A DNA stretch of 53,515 nucleotides. Origin: a bacterium. GTDB taxonomy: Bacteria; Patescibacteriota; Dojkabacteria; JAKAPS01. Below, piece by piece: positions 9,454-19,078 of the stretch. The stretch's first letter is position 1, and each line of letters starts with the position of its first letter. The notes below the pieces were generated by a model. It searched no databases. It was not told the DNA's origin and saw only the letters and a program-made list of their open reading frames with translations. Location: NCBI GenBank assembly GCA_021806925.1, contig JAKAPS010000007.1, positions 1-53,515 of the forward strand, in the 5' to 3' direction. The translations under genes were made by a program, and so were the position numbers.

Positions 9454-11079
9454 ATGAAAACACAAAAATTCATATTTATTTCTGGCGGAGTTATATCAGG
9501 ATTGGGAAAAGGTATTGCATCAGCTTCAATAGGAATGCTTTTAAAAAATAAAGGATATAGTGTCAACTTTATAAAATGTGATCCATATTTAAATGTTGAT
9601 GCTGGAACTATGAACCCGCTTGAACATGGTGAAGTTTTTGTAACAAAAGATGGATATGAAATGGATATGGATGCTGGACACTATGAAAGATTTGCAAATA
9701 TTGAATTGACAAGAGATTCTGGTATGACTTCAGGACAAGTATACTTAAGTGTAATAAATAAAGAAAGAAGCCTTGAATATGATGGAAAATGTGTTGATCC
9801 AGTACCATATCTTGTTAATGAAATAATACAAAAAATAGAGGAATTTGCAAAAAAAAGTAATGTCGATTTCATCCTTATAGAAATGGGAGGAACAGTAGGG
9901 GAGTACCAAAATGAAATATATTTTGAAGCTGAAAGAATGATGAAACGAAAATATGATGGAAGTATAACTCACATACATCTTGTATATTTACCAATTCCAC
10001 ATAATCTAGGTGAAATGAAAACTAAACCAGCTCAACAGAGTGTGAGAATATTAAATGGTATGGGTATTTTTCCAGACCTTATTCTTGCAAGAAGTGAAAC
10101 TCATCTTGATAAACAAAGAATAGGCAAATTAGCATTAGGTTGTGGGATACCGGAAGATTTTGTATTTAGTGCTCCTGATGTCTCTAATATTTATGAAATT
10201 CCAATAAATTTTGATAAAGAAGGAATAGTTGAGAGGATATTATCAAGATATAAAGTGAAACCCAATACAACAGAAAGTAACAAATTAAAAAAATGGAATA
10301 TAGCACTAAGAAAAGCTAAAAATGCAAAGAGGAAAATAAAGATAGGTATAGTTGGAAAATACATTGCATCGGGGGACTTTAATTTAGAAGATGCCTATGC
10401 AAGTGTTCTGGAATCAATCAAACATGCTTCATGGTATTATGATGTTTCACCTGAAATAGTGTGGGTTGATTCAGAGAAATTTGAAGAAGAAAAACAATTA
10501 AATAATATTAATTGCCTAATAGTACCAGGTGGATTTGGGTCGAGAGGTGTAGAAGGTAAAATAAAGGCAATAAAATATGCAAGAGAAAACAGAGTACCAT
10601 ATTTAGGATTATGCTATGGAATGCAACTTGCTGTAATTGAATTTGCTAGAAACGTTTGTAACATAGAGAATGCAACATCAAGTGAAATTGATAAAAATGC
10701 AAAAGATCCGATAATACACATAATGACTGATCAGGAAAAAAAGATTCTTAACAGAGATTATGGTGCATCAATGAGATTAGGGAATTGGAATTGCAAGATA
10801 ATTGACAAGAAATCTAATGCATATGATGTATATAAGTCCGACATAATTACTGAAAGGCATAGACACAGGTATGAATTCAATAATAACTACATTGATATAT
10901 TAATTAATCATGGATTAAAAATAACTGGAACCACAACCGATGGTAAACTTGTAGAAATAGTTGAATTGGATAAGAAAGTACATCCATACTTTATAGGCGT
11001 ACAATTTCATCCAGAATTTAAATCCAGCCTTATAAACCCTCATCCGTTGTTTCTAGGCCTTATAAAAGAATGTATTTGA
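9454..11079 (+). CDS. pyrG: CTP synthase
   Basis: KFIFISGGVISGLGKG, DPYLNVDAGTMNP.EHGEVFVT, GLCYGMQ, ERHRHRYE and QFHPE motifs. Confidence 0.98.
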   Translation: MKTQKFIFISGGVISGLGKGIASASIGMLLKNKGYSVNFIKCDPYLNVDAGTMNPLEHGEVFVTKDGYEMDMDAGHYERFANIELTRDSGMTSGQVYLSVINKERSLEYDGKCVDPVPYLVNEIIQKIEEFAKKSNVDFILIEMGGTVGEYQNEIYFEAERMMKRKYDGSITHIHLVYLPIPHNLGEMKTKPAQQSVRILNGMGIFPDLILARSETHLDKQRIGKLALGCGIPEDFVFSAPDVSNIYEIPINFDKEGIVERILSRYKVKPNTTESNKLKKWNIALRKAKNAKRKIKIGIVGKYIASGDFNLEDAYASVLESIKHASWYYDVSPEIVWVDSEKFEEEKQLNNINCLIVPGGFGSRGVEGKIKAIKYARENRVPYLGLCYGMQLAVIEFARNVCNIENATSSEIDKNAKDPIIHIMTDQEKKILNRDYGASMRLGNWNCKIIDKKSNAYDVYKSDIITERHRHRYEFNNNYIDILINHGLKITGTTTDGKLVEIVELDKKVHPYFIGVQFHPEFKSSLINPHPLFLGLIKECI

Positions 11080-11102
11080 TTAAGAAATGTGTAAATTTCC
11101 CT

Positions 11103-12272
11103 TTAGAATTGTTTTTGTATAATATTTGCCTTCAAATAGAAATACGTTACAAATAGTAAAGAAAATAACTGAACTACAAATAAATATGTATATGGGAAAT
11201 TATTTCCACCAAAAAGATATTTTTCATAAGTCATTATACTTACGAACTGCAGTGAAATATATACAAGAAATCTCTTTGGAAATCTGAGAATATATATTAT
11301 TGAAAACACATCTGCAGGGAATATATATCTCTCATGCATTTTTGGAAGGAACGTAGGAACAAGAATCAAAAGCATAAGAACGATTGATAATATATTTTCA
11401 GTTGTCATTTTAACCTTCAACTTATATGAAACAAATAATAATGTTAGGATTAATATGAACGTTATAATAGTACCACCATCAACATAGTATCTAAAACCAT
11501 TTACATTTGTAGGTAACAATACATATATACTTGCTGCATTTAGTGTTAGTTGATGGTTAGATGAAGCCTGGTCTATATACACACTTATTAAATTCCATAG
11601 ATTATTTCCAACAAGAATTGATGGAATAAATGATATAAAGTATGGAGCTATAAGTAGTGGAAGAGAAAACCAGTTTAATTCTCCAGCAATAAAGAAAAAT
11701 CCATATATAGGCAAGAAGAATACTGCTTGTAACTTAAATGCAAATGCAATTCCCCAGAATAAATAACTCCATCCTAATTTCTTATTTAAAAGGAAATAAA
11801 ATGAAAACAATAAGAAAAGAACATAGGACATATCAGCCTGTCCCCAAAGTGAACCATTTAATACAACTGTAGGAGTAAATAGAAATATACTTAAACAAAT
11901 GAATATTATATATAGTAAATTTTTGCGATTACTCTTAAACATTTCTATAACTATTAAACACATTGGAATACATGCAAGATAATCAAAAATTATTGATATG
12001 TACTTTACTGCAGTTAGCGGTCTGATCTTAAAATATGAAGCAGTAACTAGAAACCACAGGTATGGAGGGTTATAGTTAGAGAAATTTGTTTTTAATGCTA
12101 ATATATGGCTGTTATTAATAATATATTCATACCATGTCCTCAAGTACACATCATAATCACCTGATTTAAAATAGAAAAAGTGAATTCTTAGAAATATTGA
12201 GAAAGCTATTATTATACTCCATATAAATACTAAATAAATATCCTTGATATTGAATTTTGGGTTTTCATCCAT
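11103..12272 (-). CDS. Polytopic GT-C membrane glycosyltransferase (mannosyltransferase-like)
   Basis: Many TM segments; NYNPPY, WGQAD, FKLQA and MHERY motifs. Confidence 0.75.
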   Translation of the reverse strand: MDENPKFNIKDIYLVFIWSIIIAFSIFLRIHFFYFKSGDYDVYLRTWYEYIINNSHILALKTNFSNYNPPYLWFLVTASYFKIRPLTAVKYISIIFDYLACIPMCLIVIEMFKSNRKNLLYIIFICLSIFLFTPTVVLNGSLWGQADMSYVLFLLFSFYFLLNKKLGWSYLFWGIAFAFKLQAVFFLPIYGFFFIAGELNWFSLPLLIAPYFISFIPSILVGNNLWNLISVYIDQASSNHQLTLNAASIYVLLPTNVNGFRYYVDGGTIITFILILTLLFVSYKLKVKMTTENILSIVLMLLILVPTFLPKMHERYIFPADVFSIIYILRFPKRFLVYISLQFVSIMTYEKYLFGGNNFPYTYLFVVQLFSLLFVTYFYLKANIIQKQF

Positions 12273-12369
12273 CAACTTGAATTATATATTACAAATATAG
12301 AATTAACAAATTATGTTTTAACTACTTTGATATTACCAATTTGTTGGTATATAATCTGAATATATATTT

Positions 12370-13785
12370 ATGAAAATAGACAAGTTTGATAAAGTAATGA
12401 GTTTGGCTAAGAGAAGATTATTCATATTTCCGGGTTCAGGAATATATGGTGGATTAACAGGTATATTTGATTTTGGTCCACTTGGAGTTGAAATGAAAAA
12501 CAACATAAAAAAACAATGGTGGAAATTCATGGTTACAAAAAGAAGAAATATCATAGGTATTGATGGAGCAATTATTACTCACAATAGAGTATGGGAAGCA
12601 TCCGGTCATATACAGAATTTTACAGATCCATTAGTTGAAGACAAAGTAACTCACAAGAGGTTTAGAGCTGATAATTTAATAAAAGATTGGCTAGAAAAGC
12701 ACGGAGATAGTAATAATACTAAAGTTGAATTAACAGACATGAATATCATTGACATGTCAGAGTTTATTGAACAAAACAATATATTAAGCCCTGATGGTAA
12801 TCCAATAACTAATGCAAAAAGTTTCAACTTGTTAATGTCTACCGAGTTAGGTGTTACTGAAGGTGGAAAAGATGTTGCATATTTAAGAGGTGAGGCATGT
12901 CAGACTATATACTTAGACTATAAATATATTATTGATTCCGGAAGATACAAACTTCCATTTGGAATATGCCAGATTGGTAAAGCATTTAGAAATGAAATAA
13001 CTCCAAAACATTCACTATATAGACAAAGAGAGTTTGAACAGATGGACTTACAATATTTCGTAGCACCAGAGGAAATGGAAAAAAGTTATGAGTATTGGAA
13101 AGGCGAAAGAGAGAATTGGTATAAAATGCTTCTAAATGATTTTGAATCAATAAGATTTAGACAACAAACAAAGAATGAATTAGCCCATTATGCAAAGGTT
13201 GCATTCGATGTAGAATACAATGCACCATTTGGATGGTCTGAACTTGAAGGTATTCACTGGAGAGGAGATTGGGACTTATCAAGACATGGTCAATACTCAG
13301 GCAATGATCTAACATATACAGATCCAGAAACTGGAAATAAATTCACTCCAAATATTGTAGAAACATCAGTCGGAGTTGATAGAACATTTTTGTTTCTATT
13401 ACTCGATGCATACAATGAAGAAATAGTAAATAACGAGACTAGAGTAATATTAAGATTACACCCATTAATTGCACCAGTTACAGTTGCAATACTTCCATTA
13501 AAGAAGAACGAAAATCAGTTAAATATTTCTCAAACAATTTTTGATGATCTAACTGATAACTTCAATGTAGAAATTGATGTTACTGGATCAATTGGAAAAA
13601 GATATAGACGACAAGATGAAATTGGAACCCCATTCGCTGTTACAATAGATGATATAACAGAAGACGATGGTACAGTAACTGTTAGAGATAGGGATACAAT
13701 GAAACAGGAAAGGGTTAAGATAAATGAATTAACTCAGTTCGTTCAAACAAAAATTAAGGAATACAGGAAATTTGTAGGGAATTGA
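12370..13785 (+). CDS. glyQS: Glycine--tRNA ligase, alpha2 type
   Basis: IYGG...DFGPLG, VWEASGH, QIGKAFRNEITP, REFEQM and GSIGKRYRRQDEIGTP motifs. Confidence 0.97.
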   Translation: MKIDKFDKVMSLAKRRLFIFPGSGIYGGLTGIFDFGPLGVEMKNNIKKQWWKFMVTKRRNIIGIDGAIITHNRVWEASGHIQNFTDPLVEDKVTHKRFRADNLIKDWLEKHGDSNNTKVELTDMNIIDMSEFIEQNNILSPDGNPITNAKSFNLLMSTELGVTEGGKDVAYLRGEACQTIYLDYKYIIDSGRYKLPFGICQIGKAFRNEITPKHSLYRQREFEQMDLQYFVAPEEMEKSYEYWKGERENWYKMLLNDFESIRFRQQTKNELAHYAKVAFDVEYNAPFGWSELEGIHWRGDWDLSRHGQYSGNDLTYTDPETGNKFTPNIVETSVGVDRTFLFLLLDAYNEEIVNNETRVILRLHPLIAPVTVAILPLKKNENQLNISQTIFDDLTDNFNVEIDVTGSIGKRYRRQDEIGTPFAVTIDDITEDDGTVTVRDRDTMKQERVKINELTQFVQTKIKEYRKFVGN

Positions 13786-13904
13786 ATTAAATCAAATACA
13801 TTCTATGTGTTGTATATGCTTATCTTTGTACTTATATAGTAACAAAATTTCCAATCATGTTTTATGTTTGTGAAACTCATATTAATTTGCAATAATGATT
13901 ATGT

Positions 13905-15077
13905 ATGAATTATGAAAAATCTTCAAAGGTAAAATTATTTAAAAAGGTCTTTGTTATTATTTTACCGATTCTTTTTGTCTTAATTCTTTTTCCATTTGCA
14001 CTTGTGAAATTTGATCCAGGTCTAGCAGGTAATTTTGCAGATAAGGTACTTAGACCAGTTATAGGGGCAAATAATACTCTTGCACTTGAAAGCACATTAT
14101 TCAATATTGAAGATAAATTTAACATTATAAAATATAAGTATGTTAAACCACAACTGCCAAGTGTGAATAATGAAAAAATATCATCACAATCACAAAATAG
14201 TAACACCATTTCACCGTCAATTGAGGATTACTCAATGCAGTTAAAACCTATAAGTATGTTCTACTTTACACCACTCTCAGGTGAAGGTGTATGGAACAAT
14301 TACCCTCTAGCACAATTTCCAAATAAAGAAGTTATGGCTACAACATTCGTACGACCGGACCCTAATAGAAACTATGCAATTGTTACACTAATTAAAATTA
14401 ATATGAAATACCTTAATATTGGTGCAGTTGCTGGAACAGTTGAACCTGGATCTAGTTTAGGAAATCCTGGACCAGGAAAAGTTCCTTTATCAATACAAAA
14501 CGCAAATACACTTGTGGCTGCATTTGCAGGTGGATTCCAGTATAGTGATGGAGCCTATGGCATGATTGTAGGGGGAAAAACTTACGTGCCACTTGAAAAT
14601 AACCTTGCAACATTTGTTGCTTACAAAAATGGTACTAATGAAATTATAGATTACATTGGACAGAATCTTGGAGACCCAACTTCAATCCTTTTTATAAGGC
14701 AAAACAACCCAATGCTTGTAGAAAATTCAATGCCTGATACAACTACACAAAGCGGTGGATATAAGGCATGGGGGAGAACTGTGACTCCAAACATGTATAC
14801 ATGGAGGTCAGCACTTGGAATTACAAAGAATGGAAACCTAATATATGCTGTAGGTCCATCTCTAGTTCCAACTACAATTGCTGAAGCCCTAAGCTGGGCA
14901 GGAGCAGTAAATGGTATGCAACTTGATATAAATCCATACTGGGTTAGATTTGTTACTTTCACACCAAAAGGCAATGGTCAATATTCATATCAATCTTTGC
15001 TAAATACAATGCAAAATGGTGGATATAGCTACTTAAACGGATATATAAAAGATTTTATGTACCTCTATGCAAAGTAA
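13905..15077 (+). CDS. Membrane-anchored phosphodiester glycosidase family protein (NAGPA-like)
   Basis: N-terminal TM; AAFAGGF, WRSALG and GMQLDIN motifs. Confidence 0.7.
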   Translation: MNYEKSSKVKLFKKVFVIILPILFVLILFPFALVKFDPGLAGNFADKVLRPVIGANNTLALESTLFNIEDKFNIIKYKYVKPQLPSVNNEKISSQSQNSNTISPSIEDYSMQLKPISMFYFTPLSGEGVWNNYPLAQFPNKEVMATTFVRPDPNRNYAIVTLIKINMKYLNIGAVAGTVEPGSSLGNPGPGKVPLSIQNANTLVAAFAGGFQYSDGAYGMIVGGKTYVPLENNLATFVAYKNGTNEIIDYIGQNLGDPTSILFIRQNNPMLVENSMPDTTTQSGGYKAWGRTVTPNMYTWRSALGITKNGNLIYAVGPSLVPTTIAEALSWAGAVNGMQLDINPYWVRFVTFTPKGNGQYSYQSLLNTMQNGGYSYLNGYIKDFMYLYAK

Positions 15078-15372
15078 TATAGAAAAAGGAGATACTATTA
15101 CAGATAGAGTTGAACAAGAACATCTAACAAATCTATATATTCAAGGAACAAAAAATAATAGGGAGGCTGATCTGGATTTTTTAATCTTGCCTAAAGAGAA
15201 AAAATCATATTTATCCACATATATTCTAAGCATTGTTTTATGCCCTATTGGTATATACTTTGCTATCAAATTGATATTTCTTGAAGATGAGACTAGAATA
15301 GGTATATATGTTATCGTAATAACTTTCCTAACTTTGTTAATTGAGTATTACTTAACAATAATATTTATATAA
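15067..15372 (+). CDS. Small two-TM hypothetical protein
   Basis: ORF within an operon-like run; two hydrophobic segments. Confidence 0.6.
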   Translation: MQSNIEKGDTITDRVEQEHLTNLYIQGTKNNREADLDFLILPKEKKSYLSTYILSIVLCPIGIYFAIKLIFLEDETRIGIYVIVITFLTLLIEYYLTIIFI

Positions 15373-15380
15373 AAAACTCT

Positions 15381-16259
15381 ATGAAAAAAATAAAAAAAGC
15401 AGTGATTGCAGCAGGTGGTTTTGGTACAAGAATGCTCCCTATAACTTCAGTAATACCAAAAGAAATGATTCCAATTGTTAACAAACCAGTTATTCAATAT
15501 ATAGTAGAAGAACTGATTGAAGCAGGAATTGAAGAAGTAGGAATTGTAACAAGCTCAAAACATAGTCTTACAGAACAATATTTTGAAGGAAATAAGAGAC
15601 TAGAGGCTCATTTGATAGAAAAGAATAAGCTCTATCTTATGGATGAGGTAAATTTAATTCATAAGAAAATTAAGATACATTTTTCTCTTCAAACTAATTT
15701 ATTTCCATATGGTAATGGCACCCCTTTATTAGTAGAAAAGGATTTTCTTGATGGAGAAGATAATTACCTTTACGTATTCTGTGATGATCTGGTTCTTTCA
15801 AATCCAGGTGCATCTAAGCAACTAATTGATTTTGCAAGTATTGTTAATTCTCCTTCTATTGCGTGTGAAGTTGTCGACGATAGTGAGGTTAGCAAGTATG
15901 GAATTATAGAGTATATTGAAGAAGGAAGTAAAAAGACAAAGAAACTCTCAAAGATAATAGAGAAGCCAAGTCCTGAAGAGACTTCGTCAAGACTAGCTTC
16001 ATATGGAAGATACGTTTTAAACAAGGATATAATTAATATATTATCCAAAAAGGGTATTGGGAAAAATAACGAACTATGGCTAACTGATTCTATTGAATCA
16101 TACGTTGCATCAGGGGGAGATGTATATACTAAAGTAATTAACGGATGGTATACAACAGGGGACTATGCTAACTTCTTAAAAACAATGATTCAATTTACTG
16201 TATCCAATACAGAATATGGCGATAAGTTTAAAGAAAGTGTCAAAGAAATATTAGAATAG
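15381..16259 (+). CDS. galU: UTP--glucose-1-phosphate uridylyltransferase
   Basis: KAVIAAGGFGTRMLP.T..IPKEM, SKYGII, IIEKP, GRYVL and ELWLTD motifs. Confidence 0.9.
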   Translation: MKKIKKAVIAAGGFGTRMLPITSVIPKEMIPIVNKPVIQYIVEELIEAGIEEVGIVTSSKHSLTEQYFEGNKRLEAHLIEKNKLYLMDEVNLIHKKIKIHFSLQTNLFPYGNGTPLLVEKDFLDGEDNYLYVFCDDLVLSNPGASKQLIDFASIVNSPSIACEVVDDSEVSKYGIIEYIEEGSKKTKKLSKIIEKPSPEETSSRLASYGRYVLNKDIINILSKKGIGKNNELWLTDSIESYVASGGDVYTKVINGWYTTGDYANFLKTMIQFTVSNTEYGDKFKESVKEILE

Positions 16260-16583
16260 TAATAAAATTAAGCTTTTGAATGCAGTTTCATTTGTCTAAA
16301 CTGATTTAATAAGGGGTAAATAACTGCACATTTTTATACAAATATATACATGAAGACGTACATATTTACAGGAAAAAGATCTATTGTATAATTTAGCAAA
16401 TGCTACAAAGCTTTTACACAGATAAACTTGAAAAATTACTTAAGGAAAATCCCAAAATAATGATATACAGAATAAAATTATATACTATATTCTGTACAGA
16501 ATGATTATATGTTTTTTTACATGGAAAGATGATTAATTCAATTATAAATCGTATAGAAGTTTTTAAGTAAGATTTAAATTATT

Positions 16584-17007
16584 TGGAGATGGGGGGAGTC
16601 GAACCCCCGTACACTAAGATAAATTCTAATAACTCTACATATGCTTAGTTTACTTAAATGTTTTAAGATAAATAATTAATAAATAAACGAAAAATATTTA
16701 TCCCCTCTAGTTTATATAATTATATAAGAATAACAGAGTAAAATCTTACGTAATACTTAATTTTGTTTTATGCTTCTAATTTCGAAAATTAAGCTAACTA
16801 GTTTTAGAAACACTGCTTGATATTTCAAGCAAAAGCGTAATTCATACTAGGAGCAAACAAATTTGCAAAAGCAAGTTTTACTCCAGCAACGAAATTACTA
16901 AATGGATTTTTTACATCTATTTTTCTCATGTATTTTAAAGAATTAACATGAATTTTCTGCATGCATATTAGTTATTACCTAAGTGGCAAAGCCATTAATA
17001 CATCCCC
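16584..17007 (-). ncRNA. ssrA: tmRNA
   Basis: 5' GGGGATG pairs with 3' CATCTCC-A including G3:U70; T-arm GGGGG-TTCGACT-CCCCC; internal tag ORF ending YAFA-stop at 16914-16825. Confidence 0.92.
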
Positions 17008-17095
17008 ATATTTTAAATGAACATAAGACAAATTTACTCTGTATTGTATCACAATGTAGAATATATTCAAGAATTCATTAAATACCCCTTAACAA

Positions 17096-17518
17096 TTATG
17101 ATTTATTTAATAAACCAAAAGGGAAGTTGAAGTATATACTATTCATGTTATTTGGAAATCTATTGTCAATAATATCAACAATCCAATTGTTATTTAATTT
17201 TAAATACAATACTCTAACAGGATCACCAATGTTCAAACACATATATCTACACACGTATCCAAATTTTATTATCTTTGAATTTGAAAACATTATAAATTTA
17301 TCTGTATCTCCTGCCTGATTAACTACAGAAATATATGGAGAATCAATGCTATATATAATACCAGAGAATGACACGGTATGTCTGTTGAATGAATTATCAA
17401 ACAACAAATCTTTCCTATTAACCCCACTCAACATGTGCAAAAGTGCATAAAGTGCAAAAAGGAATATAAAAGTGCATATAGCAACAACAAAGCCTGAGAA
17501 AAAATCCTTTCCAATCAT
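17096..17518 (-). CDS. Membrane-anchored hypothetical protein in the ECF operon
   Basis: N-terminal TM followed by a beta-rich domain; 4-nt overlap with the upstream ORF. Confidence 0.6.
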   Translation of the reverse strand: MIGKDFFSGFVVAICTFIFLFALYALLHMLSGVNRKDLLFDNSFNRHTVSFSGIIYSIDSPYISVVNQAGDTDKFIMFSNSKIIKFGYVCRYMCLNIGDPVRVLYLKLNNNWIVDIIDNRFPNNMNSIYFNFPFGLLNKS

Positions 17519-17832
17519 TTTGATTTTACATACTCTCTATATGAAAGGAAGAAAATAACGGACATTATCATTGATAGAATAAAAGAACCACTTGGAAAAC
17601 TATATATTAAGATTATAAATGCATCATGAACGCTATATTTAAAAACAGACAGGTCAAACTGTGATATAAACACAGCTAGGCTATAAAAGAAACGAACAAA
17701 TGCAAATATAAATAGAAATGATACAATAAATCCAATAATGAATTCTCTTGTATTCTTGTTGTTTTCTTCAATTTCATCAATTTTATTGAATAATTTAGAA
17801 TTAAAATCAGATTCAATATTATACATAGTCAT
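17515..17832 (-). CDS. Putative anti-sigma factor (two TM)
   Basis: Overlaps the ECF sigma 3' end; DFNSKLFNKI helix followed by TM segments. Confidence 0.55.
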   Translation of the reverse strand: MTMYNIESDFNSKLFNKIDEIEENNKNTREFIIGFIVSFLFIFAFVRFFYSLAVFISQFDLSVFKYSVHDAFIILIYSFPSGSFILSMIMSVIFFLSYREYVKSK

Positions 17833-18379
17833 ATTCTTTTCTAATCATATCCCTTGCTCTTTTTAATCTTGTTTTTACAGTATTGACTGGAACATGAGTA
17901 ATTTCACTAATCTCTTCACATTTCAACCCCTTTATATAAAAATCATTCAAGATCTGAGAATACTTCTTTGGAAGAGATTCAATCAATTTATTCAATCTGT
18001 ATGATTGATCTTCATTTTCAATTATTCTATCCAAATTATATTTTTCTATACTAAGGTATTCTTCACTAACATCATTGAACGAATAAGTCACCCTATCTTT
18101 TTTATTTTTCTTTATTTCATTTATGGTTGTGTTATAGCATATCTTATAAAGCCAGGTAGAGAATTTACCTTTATCAGCATCATAACTAGATATATTAAAA
18201 TATACCTTTACAAATACATCCATAGTAATTTCCTCAGCAAGCTGTTTATGATTCACAAATTTGTATATATATGAAAATATTCTATTCTTATACAACTCAA
18301 CTATTTTTTCAAATGATTCCTTATTTCCTTTTTTTACTTCATCTATAAGCTTAAGTTCAATTTTATCCTTCTTAGTCAT
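17819..18379 (-). CDS. ECF RNA polymerase sigma factor
   Basis: AEEIT.DVFVKVY, FSTWLYKI..N and EEISE...VPVNTVKTRLKRAR; start placed at the ATG at 18379. Confidence 0.93.
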   Translation of the reverse strand: MTKKDKIELKLIDEVKKGNKESFEKIVELYKNRIFSYIYKFVNHKQLAEEITMDVFVKVYFNISSYDADKGKFSTWLYKICYNTTINEIKKNKKDRVTYSFNDVSEEYLSIEKYNLDRIIENEDQSYRLNKLIESLPKKYSQILNDFYIKGLKCEEISEITHVPVNTVKTRLKRARDMIRKEYDYV

Positions 18380-18508
18380 ATCAATCATATTATACAATGA
18401 TTATACCCTTTTTGTTTCTGTTTGGAAAAGGATTCTGCTTTAACAACTAAAATAGTAAAAGTTGCTTGTTTGCTCAAGTATGATATAATAAACTTAGATT
18501 TAGTAAGT

Positions 18509-18596
18509 GGAGAGGTACCCAAGAGGCTGAAGGGGAGGGTTTGCTAAACCCTTAGGGTGAGTAATCGCCGCGAGAGTTCGAATCTCTCTCTCTCCG
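18509..18596 (+). tRNA. tRNA-Ser (GCT)
   Basis: Acceptor GGAGAGG/TCTCTCC-G, anticodon arm AGGGT-TTGCTAA-ACCCT, long variable arm, TTCGAAT T-loop. Confidence 0.96.
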
Positions 18597-18611
18597 TTTC
18601 TTTATTCTTTC

Positions 18612-18704
18612 CTCTTTCGGATTAAAATATCGGTTTTCATCCACGGGCGAATTTTTTCAAACATCTCTAAAACGGGTGGACGCCGATATTTTATTCAGAA
18701 GGAG
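18612..18704. repeat. Long imperfect inverted repeat just downstream of tRNA-Ser
   Basis: Perfect 11-bp arms TAAAATATCGG (18623-33) and CCGATATTTTA (18683-93), extended outward with mismatches, plus inner TCCAC/GTGGA. Confidence 0.75.
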
Positions 18705-19078
18705 AGTGCGATAGATTGGCTTAATTTGTCTTTATACATGTCCATCTTTACCTATCTTTATAGGTTATTTAATATCAAAAAATTGTAAAGTGTTATTTAT
18801 ATGAGTGCATCTACTCGTGAATATTAAGCTACTTGAACAAGGAAAAAGCATTTAGGTAACTTAGAGATCCTAAAGAATTCTTCCTGATGAATTTATAACC
18901 ACCTAAATTCCTATAGTTGAATTCAGAAATTTCAATCGCATCACATAAAACAAACCTAATATATATGTTGGTTAGTATTTCGCCAACAATTGGAGTTGGA
19001 AAGGTGGTAATGTTTACAATTGATAGATTGTTGACAAATATATGGTTTCAAAATAGACTACTAGTATAAACGTGTTGC

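Noticed and set aside
16260-16583. Island integrated at the tmRNA 3' end
   Set aside because: Only about 320 bp of AT-rich sequence, with no integrase, duplicated ssrA end or mimic
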